DNA of 64,000 nucleotides from Prasinococcaceae sp. CCMP 1430 (GCA_013416795.1 RQSC01000027.1:519911-583910), one strand, 5' to 3'. Shown: positions 1-12,372, counted from the first letter of the stretch. A program made the numbers and translations. The notes: generated by a model from the letters alone, not told the origin.

Positions 1-1000
1 AGCACCTGCGCGTGGGCATGGCACGTGCCGTGGCAGCGCTGCCTTCCTGCGCCAGTGGCGACCGACGCCTGCGCACCGGAGAGCGAGCGCGCGTCTCCGC
101 CCGCACACGATGCGCGTCCGCTGACGCGCGAACGCTGCCTGTCGCGTGTACGCGCGCTTTTTCGCGATTGCAGCAAATGGAGGCCGAGGAGAACGCGCAA
201 GCGTATGTCAAGGCGTACCAGCAGGTGGCTATCGACGAGGAGCTCGGAGACGTACGTGCGCGCAGAGCAGCCACGCTTGCGAGCGCCGTACAAAAGAGCG
301 CACGCGCCGCGACGGTGGCGCGCTGCGCCACCTGTTTGGCGTCAGCATGCGCCCCCATGTGCAGCGCGGCGCGGCGCGAGGCGCGACGCTGCGCCGAGCT
401 GACGGCAGCTTTCGCCACGCACCCTCGCGCGCACGCGCCCTCGCGCAGGAGGAGGCCCTCGAGAAGCTGCAGGAGCGCCGCATGAAGGAGATGCGTGCCG
501 AGCACGAGCAGAAGCAGGAGATGGCGCGCAAGGGCCACGGCGAGTACCGCATGATCGAGGAGGCCGACTTCATCAACGAGGTGACCAGCAGCGAGCGTTG
601 CATCATGCACTTCTGGCACCCCGAGTTTCAGCGCAGCAAGATCATGGACAAACACTTGGGCATCCTCTGCAAGCAGTACTTCGACACCAAATTCATGAAG
701 ATTGACGCTGAGAAGGCGGCGTTCTTCGTGGCGAAGCTGAACATCAAGATGCTCCCGGCGGTGGTGTTCTTCCGCGACGGCGTGGCCTTTGACCGCGTGG
801 TCGGCTTCGAGGAGCTCGGCGAGCGCGACGACTTCCCCACCAGCATGCTCGAGGAGCGCATGCTGGCGACCGGCGCCATCAAAAACAAGGTCGTCGTCCA
901 GGTGGACGACGACGACGAGCCCGATTCGCGAAGGGACCGCAAGGTGTACGGCTCCATTCCATACGAGAGCGGAGACGAGTCGAGCGACTTCTCCGACTGA
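1..1000 (+). CDS. TXNDC9: Phosducin-like/thioredoxin-domain protein (TXNDC9/PLP3 family), 5' partial; exons 174-251 and 449-1000 plus an upstream exon at the window edge
   Basis: Spliced reading gives ...DEELGD|EEALEKLQERRMKEM...HGEYRMIEEADF...HFWHPEFQRSKIMDKHL...FMKIDAEKAAFFVAKLNIKMLP...RVVGFEELG (thioredoxin fold without CxxC). Intron 252-448 GTACGT..CAG joins in frame. Confidence 0.85.
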
Positions 1001-1764
1001 GCGGCGCGTCGCCCGCCGCGAGGAGTGGGCGCACACACCCGGCGGCCGTGCACCGGCGCGCGCATTATCTAATATCTGTAGACACACACGCGCACGCAAA
1101 CACACACCTGCGCTGCTGCTGCCCGCTGGCGCGTGCCCTCCGCACCGCCGCGCCGCATGCTGCCGCGGCAGCCGCCGCCGTTGGCCGGCGATGGCGCACC
1201 GCACCGCACCGCACCGCACCACGCCCCCGCCGGGCCCCCTCCGCGCGCAGTTTCGGTGTCCTCGTCAGTAATTGAGGTTTCGTCAGCGACGAACAAAGGT
1301 TCTAACTTTATTGTCAAAACGCATTCGATCTGGCGCGGATTGGCCGATTCGTCATCAAAGTGCAGGCACCTTCTCCTTCACCCCCCCCCCCACACACGCA
1401 CACACAACTCCCACACAACTGCGCGCGCCAGCGCACCCGCGTACACACCCACGCGCAGACAGGCTCTCCCTCTCTCTCTCGCCCTGCTCTTCCCCTCTCT
1501 GGCCCCCTCGCGCTCGCTCGCCGTCGCTCGCGCGCGCCCCGCCGGCCGCGAGGTCGCGGAATTGTTTCGCGCGACTCCGCCGGCCGGCGGATCGGGTTCC
1601 GCGCGCGCCGCGGCCCGCGCGCGCGCGCGTTCCGCATTTCGATTCGTCGTTCCGCGATTCTTGTGGGATTTGACCTGCCATCAAAGTACAATAAACCCGC
1701 GCGAGGTTCGATGGACTTTGACCCATCCGACGGTAGTGCATTTCGGGGCGCGTTGTTGCCGCGA

Positions 1765-1788
1765 CGCGCGCGCGCGCGCGCGCGCGCG
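1765..1788. repeat. Perfect (CG)12 dinucleotide tract, representative of many (CG)n runs in the window
   Basis: Read directly: cgcgcgcgcgcgcgcgcgcgcgcg. Confidence 0.9.
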
Positions 1789-2305
1789 GGGCAACGGATG
1801 GCAGACGGGCGCCCGCCGGGACCTGCTGCACCTGCTGCTGTCCACACGCACGATCAAGCTCAATCCCGGCCCTCCCGGCGAAACGCACGTCAAAACGAAT
1901 GCGTTTTCGCCGCCCCGGTCGCGGGCCGCGCACCCGAATGCGCGCGCCGCCGCGCGCAGCGGAACCCAAGAATGGAATCCGATGAAAAGCGAAAAGATTG
2001 GAATCCATATTGAAGGGTGGGGCGCATTCGGGAAAAGGGCGCGGATTCGCGACGCGGCGAGGCGAGGGCGCGGCGGCGGGTGCGCGCGCAGAGCAGGCGA
2101 CGGCGGCCGATGCGCGCGCGCGCGCGCGCGGTGTGGCGCGCGCGCGGCCGCACGCCGCCTCCCGCCCACCCCGTTTTCACGGCGTTCAAATAACTCCTCC
2201 CGCCACACCACCAAGTTATTTCACATCTCAAAGGACGCGAAAAGAACGGAAATCCCACCCGAAATTCCCTCGCGCTGCGAACGAGCGTCGCGCGAACTCG
2301 GACTC

Positions 2306-2313
2306 AAACCCTA
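2306..2313 (+). promoter_or_regulatory. Telo-box-like AAACCCTA upstream of the FNR gene
   Basis: Exact AAACCCTA in an AT-richer patch, with a second AACCCTAAA at 2323-2331. Function is inferred from the plant telo-box. Confidence 0.5.
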
Positions 2314-2993
2314 TAAATGATGAACCCTAAAGTGTGAACGCTGAGCGGTTGCGGTTGGCCTCCCAAAACCCTCACCACCTCAACCTCACAGGAGCGGCGG
2401 ACGTGGCCAGTTGACGTCGTGCGCACGGAGGAGAGGTGTGTGTGGGCTGCGGGGGGCGGGGGGGGAGGGAGGGAGGGATGAGGAGGCCGGAGGAGGAGAG
2501 GGCCACATCGTGCACATTCGCATTGCCTCTCCGTCGCTGAAGATGGTGCGTGCGGGGCGCCGCGGCCACGCTGGGGCGCGGCGCTGCAGGGCGCGGCGCC
2601 GCGTGCGAGAGAGTGCGCGCGCGCTTTTAGGGGTGGGAGGCGGTGCGCGTTGTGTGCAGGCGGGGGCGTGCGTCCGTGGCGGTTTGCGGTGTGTGGCGGC
2701 CGGAGGGGGCGAAATGGGGGGCGCCGTGCGGTCCCGCGAGCGGGGTGAGGATTGCCCTCAGGGCGGACCATCCCCTCGGGAGGCGCGACGAGGGGTGGCG
2801 CCTGGCAAGCGCGCCGCGCATAGCGCGCGCGCACTTCCGTGCCGGGCCCCGATCGCCAGTGCTGACGCTCGGCTCGGCTCAACTCGCGCCACCCCATTGG
2901 CGCACGCGTGCGCACGCGCGCGCGCACGCGCATCCTGCGACTGCGCCAACCTGTCGATATTGCCCGACTCCCGCGCTCTCGCAGGCCGCCACC

Positions 2994-4058
2994 ATGCGCA
3001 TGTCGGCCTCGGCCACCCGCGCCCCCGTGTCGTGCGTCGCGCGCCGCACCCAGGTGCGCGCGGAGGCGGCGGGCATGCCCACCGCCGATGACGGCTACCG
3101 CACCCTCATGAACGCCGAGGCCAAGCTCAAGCTGCCCCTCGAGCTCGAGGACGGCCCGCTGCCGCTCAACACCTACACCAACAAGAAGCCGTTCACTGGC
3201 GAGGTGGTCTCGTGCGAGCGCATCGTCGGCCCCAAGGCGACCGGCGAGACCTGCAACATCGTGATCAAGCACGACGGCGACATGCCGTACTGGGAGGGCC
3301 AGTCGTACGGCGTCATCCCGCCCGGCGAGAACCCCAAGAAGCCCGGCAAGCCCAACACCGTGCGCCTGTACTCGATCGCGTCGTCGCGCTACGGTGACTT
3401 CTTCGACGGCAAGACCGCCACCCTGTGCGTGCGCCGCGCCACCTACTGGTGCCCGGAGCTCGGCGCCGAGGACCCGGCCAAGAAGGGCATCTGCTCGAAC
3501 TTCCTGTGCGACGCCACCCCCGGCACCAAGATCACCATGACCGGCCCCACTGGCAAGGTCATGCTCCTCCCCGAGGGCTCGGAGGACAAGACGCACATCA
3601 TGGTCGCCACCGGCACGGGCATCGCGCCCTTCCGCAGCTACCTCAAGCGCATGTTCAAGGAGCAGAGCATCGGCCTTTCCTCCAAGTGGCAGTTCCCGGG
3701 CAAGGCGTGGCTCTTCATGGGCGTGGCCAACTCGGACGCGCTGCTGTACGACGACGAGTTCCAGGAGTACCTCGAGAAGTACCCCGACCAGTTCTCGTAC
3801 GACCTCGCGCTCTCGCGCGAGCAGACGAACAAGGACGGCGGCAAGATGTACATCCAGAACAAGGTTGAGGAGTACGCCGACGAGGTGTTCGACATCCTCT
3901 TCAACCAGGGCGGCCACATCTACTTCTGCGGCCTCCGCGGCATGATGCCGGGCATCCAGGACATGCTCGAGGGCGTCGCCACGAAGAAGGGCCAGGAGTG
4001 GGAGCCGCTTCTCAAGCAGCTCAAGCACAACAACCAGTGGCACGTGGAGGTGTACTGA
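2994..4058 (+). CDS. petH: Plastid ferredoxin-NADP+ reductase (root/algal type)
   Basis: Transit peptide, then [28 protein letters not shown] and C-terminal VEVY. ATG is in a gccgccaccATG context just after a CAG (probable 5' UTR intron ending at 2984). Very strong GC3 bias. Confidence 0.97.
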   Translation: MRMSASATRAPVSCVARRTQVRAEAAGMPTADDGYRTLMNAEAKLKLPLELEDGPLPLNTYTNKKPFTGEVVSCERIVGPKATGETCNIVIKHDGDMPYWEGQSYGVIPPGENPKKPGKPNTVRLYSIASSRYGDFFDGKTATLCVRRATYWCPELGAEDPAKKGICSNFLCDATPGTKITMTGPTGKVMLLPEGSEDKTHIMVATGTGIAPFRSYLKRMFKEQSIGLSSKWQFPGKAWLFMGVANSDALLYDDEFQEYLEKYPDQFSYDLALSREQTNKDGGKMYIQNKVEEYADEVFDILFNQGGHIYFCGLRGMMPGIQDMLEGVATKKGQEWEPLLKQLKHNNQWHVEVY

Positions 4059-4403
4059 ATCTCTCCTCTCTCCCATTCATCCGTGCTCAGAGGGGGGGTG
4101 CTCGGCCCTGCGGCATGCACCTCCTTGCGCCTCTGCGCGGATCGATTCGTAATGAGTAAAGTTTTTACACACAGTCCTTCGTCTGGGCATCAGGGAGTCG
4201 TAGTGCAGGTGGCAACGGGGTGGTCTCTCCTGGAAGCCTCTTGGGTTGCGCGAGCGCGGTGTGCGCTGCGCGCTGAATACAGGTGTGCCACGCGCGGCGC
4301 CGCGCGCTCTCGGGTCGGCGGACGCGAGCGGGCATGCATTTCACGCACGATGTATTATCTCTCTCCTCAGCGTGCGCTTACGTCCACGCGCTGCGCGGCG
4401 CTA

Positions 4404-4946
4404 CGCCGCGCTGCGCGGGCCCTCGAGCTCGATGAGGTACTGTACAATCGCCGACGCTTGCACCCTTCAGCGCAGACGTCCGTCGCACGGCGGCGCGCAC
4501 CACCCCACGTCGCCCTGCGCTCCGAGGGGGCGTATCTGTGCGCCCAGCCGCGCCTTGAGCGCGGGCGGCAGCCGGCCGAGCGCAATGAGCATCGAGCGGC
4601 GCACGTTCTCGGGCATCGCAACGCCGCGCGAGGCGTAGGTCAGCAGCCCCCCGAGCGCTTGGTGGCCCATCTCCTGCCCAATGGCAGCACCGTCACCATC
4701 CCCTGCGACATGATCGCCCTGCACGTCCATTGCATCCTTCACCGACACCAGAACGACGGGCGGGTCTGCCGGCACCCCAGCCGCCGCAGCCGCCGCCTCT
4801 GCAGACGGTGCCTGCACAGGCTCTGGGGGCGTCGCGCGCCGTGGTCGCACGCGCCTGCAGTCCGAGCTGACGCCGCCCGAGCTCTCGACCTCGCGAGCCT
4901 TCCGCTTGGCGATCCCGCCCCCGATGATTCCCCGCTCCCAATCCAT
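4404..4946 (-). CDS. Hypothetical protein, exon structure uncertain
   Basis: ORF MDWERGIIGGGIAKRKAREVE...LGRLPPALKARLGAQ has coding-like composition, and a minus-strand TGTAA lies at 4165-4169. No family recognised and the 3' splicing is ambiguous. Confidence 0.3.
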
Positions 4947-5401
4947 GGCACGCCCCGCGCGCACCCCACGCGAGGCCTGCTCGCGGCGTCCTGCCGCCGC
5001 GAGAGGCGCCTCGTGCAGGGTGACCGGCGCCCACGCCGCCGCTAGGCACGGGCCGCACGGCAGGAGGTGGCGATGGAGATAGGGGGGGGGGGGGAGGCGC
5101 GCCTCCGCGCGCGTGTGGCATTCGCCGCACGCCCCGCACCGCGCAAAACGCGCGGATAGGCGTTTCGAAATGCCTTCGAACGCGAAGCGCGCGCAATCAA
5201 ACCACGTCAGAGTGGGGCCCAAAAAAGCGGAGATGGAAAGGCGAAAACGCGCGCGTGCGGCCGCGCCCGCGCCCCGCCGCCCGCCCGCGCGCGAAATTCG
5301 CCCGCGCTCGGGCCCCGCTGGCTCGCGACGCACAAAACCCAAACACTTTGAGGTTTGGGCATTCGCGCACCTCCTGCTCGTGAAATTGAGCGACCGCGAG
5401 G

Positions 5402-5409
5402 TAGGGTTT
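5402..5409 (-). promoter_or_regulatory. Telo-box-like AAACCCTA in the divergent region upstream of FANCI
   Basis: TAGGGTTT on the + strand. Confidence 0.45.
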
Positions 5410-5539
5410 ATTTCCGATGGCTCGGGGCCAGGAGTCGTGAGATCGAGCTGTGATGAAGTGCGTTCGAGCTCGCTTGTGCCTCGATGCATCTATCATGTAC
5501 TTTTGGGTATGATGCGATCACGGGATACTCTAGGTCAGA

Positions 5540-8500
5540 ATGCATTGCGCTGCCGTGCGCCAGCAAAGAGATCTCCCGTGGTTATTGCAATCGATTTTCC
5601 GGGTGTGTGCGCATCGCGCTCGCGGAAAGCGGCGGAGGCGCCGCCGGCGCGCGCGCCTCTGCACGAATTCGCGCGCGCGCGCTGCATCCGAGGCCTGCGC
5701 CAGTGGGGGGGCGCGGCGGCGGCGCGCTGCCGAGCGCGCGGGCGCGACGGCCACGCAGCCGCACCCGGACGCGGGCGCGGGGGCGCAGGGCGCGCCGAGT
5801 GAGGCGGAGGCCGAGGCTGGCGAAGCCCTCGCATCTTCTACGGCGGATGAGGCCGCCGCCGCCGCGGTCGGATCGCTCGAGACTGGAACGCTCCCGCTTG
5901 TGATCACGGGTGCGCGCAAGGCGGTCGTCGGTGCCGACGCGGATAGCGCCGTCGTGCAGCGCGCCACCGACCTGCTGGTATCGGCGATTCGCGTGCTCGC
6001 TGTCGAGGACGGGAGCGCCGGCGCGGCACGTTCCTCGGTGCACGCAGTAGGTGCACTCCTCGACGAGATGCCGCCGCTTGCGGCCGCGCATGCTGCGTTC
6101 AAGCTCGTGCGGCACCTCCCGGTGGCAGGCGACGCGCTCGACCTCCTGCCTCGCGCGCTGTCAGCAGCCGTCGCCGGCGGCATGCAGACGAAGCGCGACG
6201 AGGCGATGGCAGAGCTGCTGCAGTGCGAGTGGCCGGAGAACCGCCTCGCACAGGTGACGCAGGCGGTGGGCGAAATCGGTGACCTGACACAGGAGGAGCT
6301 GTCCAAAGCTGTCGCGAAAGTGCGCGGCGGCCTGGTGGGGCTCGAGCCCAGTGGCGTGCCGCCGGTCGTCTATCAGCTGTTGAAACTGTCGCGCAGGGGC
6401 TGCCGGGCGAATGCAGTCGACACGCTCGTCGCGCACTTCGAGCGCGCGGGTGCGACCGGGAGCCTCAACGCCAACGGCACCGCGGCGCTTCGTCACGCGC
6501 AAGGCACGTGCCTCCTGCATCTGAGCTTCGCAGCAAAGGTTGACGCGGAGCTCGGAAAGGAGTGGCTGCGCGTGCTCAAGGCGCGAGCGCTGGCAGCGCC
6601 CACAGCCCGACTGCCGCCCGCGCTGGCCGCTGCGCTGTTGTCGCTGGCGGGCGTGCCGAGGCTCGCGGCGCCCGCCCTGGACATGCTGAAGGGCCGCGTG
6701 CTCGCCTCGTTTGCCGCGAAGCGCCGGCGCAAGCAGTGCCGGTGGCTCAAGCAGCTGGTGAAGATTCCGAGCGTCGCGGACAGCGAGGTCGCCGAGGGGG
6801 TGGAGGGGGATCCCTCGAAGGCGGTGCTCGCCGCTGCCGAACACTCGGCCTACGGTTGGGATCACCTGGCGCCGGCGCTGCTCGACCTGGGCTTCTTGTT
6901 GCTTGACTCGACGGCGTGCCGCAGTGGGGGAGTGCACGTCGGCGACGACGCCGTGGCGCTCGGCTCGAAGCTCCTGATGGCCGTCTACGACGCCCACGAG
7001 AGTGCGCGCAGCACCATCGTGGACGGCCTGCTCAGTGGTGTCGCGACGCCGCCCAAGAAGGGCGTGGTCATTACGCGCGATGCTCCGGGCGCGCATGCCT
7101 CCTTGTTGTCTGCCATTGCGTGGTCACGGCAGTCGACGCTGGTGCCGCGATTCGCGCCGCGTCTGAAGGAGGCGCTCGAGTACTTCGCGTTTCTTCCCCC
7201 GGGGGGCGGCGCCGCGCTGCTGACGGCGCTGCGTCCGCTTCTGCGACTCAGCACGGATCTGCGGGACGATGCACTCCTGGTGCTGCGAAAAGCGACCTTC
7301 GCGCGCGACGAAGGTGCGCGCTTGGCTGCGGCGGAGGGTGTAACAAGCCTGCTGCTCGCCGCGGTCGGAGGCAGCGGTGCGGAGCGTGGCCTGGCTGGCG
7401 TCAACGGCGAGTACTCGCTCGGCCCGATGCTCGGGGGCTTCGAAGAGGGCGCCGGGGGGTCGTGCAGCCAAGCGTCAGAACTGCTTGCTGGCGCCAGCGC
7501 CGCGAGCGAAGTCGTGGGCGAGCTTGTGGGGCTCCTCGGGCGATGTTTGCACCAGCAGGCCGTCGTGCGTGCTGCGCTGTACGAGTCACTCTACAGGCTA
7601 CAGCTCGCGTACCCGCTCGCCCAGGAGGCGGCGTGCGAGATGCTGCTCCCGCATGTGCTCAGGTTCTACGCGTCGGATGAGACGGTGGACGAGCCCCTGC
7701 TCCGCCTGGACGACGCCGTGCGCGCACGCGGCGGGCGCGCAGAGCTCTGCGAGCCGCTCGGGAGGCTGCTGCGCTGCTGCGCGCGGCTGCTCGCCCTGCA
7801 GCCGCCTGGGTCGCAGCAAGCGCAGGCTGCGGGCGCCGCATCGCTGGGGTATCAGACGTTCCTGTCGACGCCGCCCACCCCGCTGCTGACCGTGTCGCAC
7901 GGGGTCACCGAGATGGCCTCGTGCGCATCAGGCAGCGACTTTGCAAGGAAGCTACACACCGCCCTGCAGGCCTTGTTCAGCCGCATCTCCGACGGGAAGG
8001 TCGACATTGCCGACTTTGGATTCGGGCCGCAAGCAGACTGGGCCGGCGAGCGCGCGGGCCAGACCAGGGAGCGGGCGAGGCAGCTGGCCGGCGCACTCGA
8101 GGTGGCCTTGGGCCACTTCGTCGAGCTCACGATCGGCTATTCGTGCGCCGGTGCCGGCGCCCCTGCGCCGGGTGGCAGCGGCAGCCAGCCTTCTACGGAG
8201 GAGAAGCTCGCGGACGCCGCCGAGCGCGCCGAGCGCGTGCTCGCCATGCTTCTCGAGCTGGGCCGTTGCGCCACCGCGCACCAGGACGTCGCGTCCAAGA
8301 AGAAGCCCGGCAGGCCCAAAAAACCGGCCGGCGGCTGCGGCGGGGGGGCCGACGCGGGCGCCGCCCATGGCGCCGTGGATCTCGGCATGCCGCTGTGCGG
8401 CTCGCGTTGCCTCTCGGCGCTCGCGCGCGTGTGCGTCCCGGCGCAGGAGGACACCGACAGCCTCCAGTCCCTGCGGGACGCGCTCGCCCACCACGTGGGC

Positions 8501-10141
8501 GACCCGCTCTTCAAGCTGTGGGTCGCCTCTTCCATGCGGAGGCTACTCGAGGCTCGCGGCGAGGGCGACATGGCCGCTGATGCGGATTGGATGGCCGCAG
8601 GCGGGGACGCCGACGCTGTGGTGCTGTCTGCGCCTGCGTGTGGGATGCTGAAGGCGGCGGCTGACAGCCCCTCCCCGGAGACGGCCGCCGCCGAGGGCTC
8701 GACGCCCGACATCGCCGCCTCGGTAGCCGTGCAGGCAGCACTGTGCGTGGAGGCCGCGCTGGCAGCTGCGGCCGCCGCTGGGGGCGACTGTCTGGCGCGC
8801 GCCATGGCGGAGATCGGTGGGCTGACTGCGGACGCCACACTCAAGGAGGCGGCGACGGCTGCGATGGGCGTGCTGGACAAGGCCGCCGCGGCCCTCCTCG
8901 AGGGTGGCGCCCCGGCCGCCGCGGCCGCGTGCGTCCGGGCGTGCGAGCGCGTGGCGAGCTCGGCAACAACAAAAGCGCGCGCAGAGCACGCCGATGCGCT
9001 GTCGGAGATGCTGAGCCTGGGCGCGGGGACAGGGGCCGGCCGCCGTTGGCGTGAGAACCTGTCGAAGGCGCTCATCCCGCCGGCGCTCGCGCACTCACAG
9101 CCGGGCGAGGACCTGGCGCTGGCCGCTCGGCTCGCATCGGCCATCCTTGAGTGCATGGGCCCCATCGACGCACTCGATGGCGACGAGATACCCGAGGTCT
9201 CCACCGACTTCCAGGCCATCAGCCATGAGAGCATGCTAGCCGCCTCCGTCGCCGTGCTCGAGGCGACTGATACCGCACTGCAGGGCGTCGAGTGGCTTCT
9301 GGCGCCGCTGCGGAGCGCCTCAGCCTCATTCGCGCGCAGCTGCGGCGGCGTCGACGCAGATGGCCAGAGCGACTTGCCCGATGGAAGCGGCGAGACGCGC
9401 AGCGCGCTGCAGGAGCTCGAGCGCGAGGCGTGCGAGCGCCTGGAGGCCGCCCATGGCGTGCTGCTCCCGTTCTTCCGCGCGGACCCGGGATTCATGATGG
9501 ACGCCAAGAGTCAGGACCTGCTCTTCAAGGTGGCCACGCGCGTGTTCAGCTGCCTGTCGCAGCTCGTGCTGTGCGCGACCGCGCCCAAGGGCTGCCGGCA
9601 GCATGGCCCGCAGGACTGCCTGCGCACGCTGGCGGAGATCGTGTCGAACGACATGACGCCGGATGTGTACAAGTGGATGCAAGAGCGCGAGCGCGCAGAG
9701 CTGGCACAAGAGCAGGAGCTTGACGAGGACGACGGCGGCGGCGACGCCGATAAGGTCGAGCGCAAGCGCAAGCGCAAACACATGAAGGCCGCGCGCCTGG
9801 CCGACCGCGACATGCGCCACGTGCCCGCGCTCATCTTCGCCATCGAGGAGTACGAGCGCCACTTGTACACGTTGGCGAACGCCTCAAACGTCAACCTGCT
9901 TCGAGGCGCCAAGCGCTCGGTTGCGCGCGATTTCATGCTGCGCATCGGCGAGGGGAGAGGGGTTTCCAAGCGCGGCAGGAGCGGTGCGCAGCCCTCTGCC
10001 AGGTGCGAAGAGGAGGCCACTGTCGTCGGCGACGGCGACGACGACGACGACGACGAGGAGGAGGAGGAGGAGGAGGGCGGCGACGACTACGAGGAGATGG
10101 ATGAAGGCGAGGAGGGCGGCGAGATGGACGAGGGGGGCTGA
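5540..10141 (+). CDS. FANCI: Fanconi anemia group I protein homolog, apparently intronless; start codon uncertain
   Basis: FANCI-like blocks VPPVVYQLLKLS, QGTCLLHLSFAAKVDAELGKE, LRDDALLVLRKATFAR, CLHQQAVVRAALYESL and HVPALIFAIEEYERHL...SVARDF, followed by an acidic tail. Confidence 0.9.
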   Translation: MHCAAVRQQRDLPWLLQSIFRVCAHRARGKRRRRRRRARLCTNSRARAASEACASGGARRRRAAERAGATATQPHPDAGAGAQGAPSEAEAEAGEALASSTADEAAAAAVGSLETGTLPLVITGARKAVVGADADSAVVQRATDLLVSAIRVLAVEDGSAGAARSSVHAVGALLDEMPPLAAAHAAFKLVRHLPVAGDALDLLPRALSAAVAGGMQTKRDEAMAELLQCEWPENRLAQVTQAVGEIGDLTQEELSKAVAKVRGGLVGLEPSGVPPVVYQLLKLSRRGCRANAVDTLVAHFERAGATGSLNANGTAALRHAQGTCLLHLSFAAKVDAELGKEWLRVLKARALAAPTARLPPALAAALLSLAGVPRLAAPALDMLKGRVLASFAAKRRRKQCRWLKQLVKIPSVADSEVAEGVEGDPSKAVLAAAEHSAYGWDHLAPALLDLGFLLLDSTACRSGGVHVGDDAVALGSKLLMAVYDAHESARSTIVDGLLSGVATPPKKGVVITRDAPGAHASLLSAIAWSRQSTLVPRFAPRLKEALEYFAFLPPGGGAALLTALRPLLRLSTDLRDDALLVLRKATFARDEGARLAAAEGVTSLLLAAVGGSGAERGLAGVNGEYSLGPMLGGFEEGAGGSCSQASELLAGASAASEVVGELVGLLGRCLHQQAVVRAALYESLYRLQLAYPLAQEAACEMLLPHVLRFYASDETVDEPLLRLDDAVRARGGRAELCEPLGRLLRCCARLLALQPPGSQQAQAAGAASLGYQTFLSTPPTPLLTVSHGVTEMASCASGSDFARKLHTALQALFSRISDGKVDIADFGFGPQADWAGERAGQTRERARQLAGALEVALGHFVELTIGYSCAGAGAPAPGGSGSQPSTEEKLADAAERAERVLAMLLELGRCATAHQDVASKKKPGRPKKPAGGCGGGADAGAAHGAVDLGMPLCGSRCLSALARVCVPAQEDTDSLQSLRDALAHHVGDPLFKLWVASSMRRLLEARGEGDMAADADWMAAGGDADAVVLSAPACGMLKAAADSPSPETAAAEGSTPDIAASVAVQAALCVEAALAAAAAAGGDCLARAMAEIGGLTADATLKEAATAAMGVLDKAAAALLEGGAPAAAAACVRACERVASSATTKARAEHADALSEMLSLGAGTGAGRRWRENLSKALIPPALAHSQPGEDLALAARLASAILECMGPIDALDGDEIPEVSTDFQAISHESMLAASVAVLEATDTALQGVEWLLAPLRSASASFARSCGGVDADGQSDLPDGSGETRSALQELEREACERLEAAHGVLLPFFRADPGFMMDAKSQDLLFKVATRVFSCLSQLVLCATAPKGCRQHGPQDCLRTLAEIVSNDMTPDVYKWMQERERAELAQEQELDEDDGGGDADKVERKRKRKHMKAARLADRDMRHVPALIFAIEEYERHLYTLANASNVNLLRGAKRSVARDFMLRIGEGRGVSKRGRSGAQPSARCEEEATVVGDGDDDDDDEEEEEEEGGDDYEEMDEGEEGGEMDEGG

Positions 10142-10645
10142 GGCGATGAAAAAATGCGTGCCCCTAGCGATTGGCCGCTGCCGGGCCGGCTCGCTGGCGC
10201 GCCAAAGACCATGTACAGATACATAGGCGCCACCGATGGCATTGTTGTTTGCATGCACCGCTCGTTCCGTGCTGCAGCGCCGTGCGCGAAACGGATGCGG
10301 GCCGCTGTATCAAATGGCATGCCATCACATACACATGTGATCACACACGCGAAAACGCCATCAAATGGCGGGGTGGCTAGAAAAGCATTCGAAAACGCCA
10401 TCAAAAGCGTTCGGCATACGAAGACGCCATCAAGCCCGAACGAGTGGCTCACACGCGCCCACGCGCGCGTGCGCGCGGCGTGTGTGCGCTGCCGACAGGC
10501 GCAGTGCACAAGCGCGCGGAGGACGCTGGCGCGCCACTGTGCGCGCGGAGAGCGGTCGGCCACGTGGTGTGCGTTGGTGGTCGGGACGCGCGGACTCCCC
10601 GTGCGTGTGAGAGGCCCGGCGAGCGGGGGGAGCGAGGGGAAGGCG

Positions 10646-11996
10646 ATGGCAGCGGCAGCGGCGGTGCGGCAGTGCCGCGGCGCGGCGGCGGTGGCGCGGC
10701 CGCTTCGCCAGCGCTCCGGGTGCGGGGCAGCGGCGGCGGCACGCGTGCGCCGCACGGCGGTGCGCGCGGCAGATGAGGCCAAGGCGTCATCGATAGCGCG
10801 GCTGGACGCGCTGCTGGGCAAGCCCGAGGTCGCGGCGCCTGCGGCAGAGCCCGCACAGGAGCAGCGAGAGGCGGCGGAGCCGGCCGCGGAGCAGGACGCG
10901 GCGCCAGTGCCTCCGGCCGACGTGGGGGCACTGTACGCGTCGCTCGGGGCTGCGTGCGATGCCGGGGACGTGAGCGCGACCAGGTCGGCAATGGCAGCGC
11001 TTTCGGAGGCCGGCGTCGCGGGCCTCTACGGCTCCGCGACCGGCACGCTGCGCCGCCGCACCACGTCGATGGCCGACCTCTCATCGGTGGGCATCAAGCA
11101 GCCGGAGTCCATCGCCACGCCCGAGGAGCGTGACGACCAGGGCTTCCTCACGACGGTGCTACTGACGTGCTCCGTACTTGCCGTCGCCGGTGGCTTCCTG
11201 CCAGGCGACTGGGGCTTCTTCGTGCCGTACCTCACCGGCGCGATCGTGCTGGTGGTGCTCGCAGTGGGCTCCACCGCGCCAGGGCTGATGTACGCGGTGG
11301 TGGACAACATCACTGGCGCCGCCCAGCGCGCGAACGAGGGGCCCGAGGGCGAGCGCACGCTGCGCCACGAGGCCGCGCACATGCTCGTGAGCTACTGCTT
11401 GGGCACCCCGGTCATCTCGTACTCGCTCGACCTCGGCGCCGAGCACACCGACCTCGCGGAGGCGTCTCTGGACAGGCCGCTCGCGCTCAAGCTCATCGAC
11501 GACGCGGAGCTCGACAGGCTGGCGGTCATGGCCATGGCGGGCGTTGCGGCAGAGGTGAGGGCGCGCGCTGCGCGGGATCGCGCGCGCGCGCGCGCGCGAG
11601 CGAGCGAGTGCTCGCGCGCATCGAAGGGGCGGTGGTGCCTTTCGAGATTGCGTGCCCTGCGCGCGCGAGAGGCGGGGTGCTTAGCGGGCGGGAGCAGCCT
11701 GGGCGCCACCGGCGCTGACCTGCTCCACCCCGCGTCTCCGCGCTGTTTTTGTCCAGGGCCTCGAGTACGACCAGGTCAAGGGTGGCACCGCAGACCTCTT
11801 CGACCTGCAGCGCCTGATAAACCGCGCGCGGAATGGCCTCAACGCCGAGCAGCAGCAGAGCATCGCGCGCTGGGCGGTCAAGGAGGCCGCCCTGGTGCTG
11901 CGGCGGGAGGAGCGCGCCTACGACGCGCTGCGAGAGGCCATGGCGCGCGGCGCGAGCGTGCCCGAGTGCATCCAAGCCATCGAGGGCGCGCGGTAG
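10646..11996 (+). CDS. Plastid M41/FtsH-like zinc metalloprotease without ATPase domain (VIR3-like); intron 11555-11756
   Basis: Transit peptide, two hydrophobic helices and HEAAH (HExxH). The second exon GLEYDQVKGGTADLFDLQRLINR...RWAVKEAALVL...VPECIQAIE resembles the C-terminus of Arabidopsis VIR3 as I recall it. GTGAGG..CAG joins in frame. Confidence 0.85.
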
Positions 11997-12372
11997 GGGG
12001 TGCGCGTGGTGGCGCGGGGAAGAAGAGCACAGCGATGGCGCGCTTCGAGAATCATAATAGACAGCCATCCATCGAGGCGGAGCCTGCGACGGGGGATGTA
12101 CACAGCAGCCATTCGCTTTCCCGCGCGCTCGATGCTGTTCGTAGGCGACGACGAGCAACGTGGAGGGCCACGCGGTGATCGGCACGGCAGACATAGAATA
12201 CCCGCCTCCGCGCTCTCGAGGGCCATTGCTCCCGCTCGCGCGCCAGGCGCTCCTCTGGGAGGGCGGAAAGGAAAGAAAGCACGGCCTGGCGCCCGGGCCG
12301 TGCGTGCATCGCTTAAACTTGTTCAGCGCGTGGTGATATGTGACAGATACCCATGTTGTCACGGGCTCGCGC

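Noticed and set aside
2317-2344. C-box ATGATGA followed by CTGA (snoRNA-like)
   Set aside because: The boxes are under 20 nt apart, with no terminal stem and no second D box; the C box overlaps the telo-box patch.
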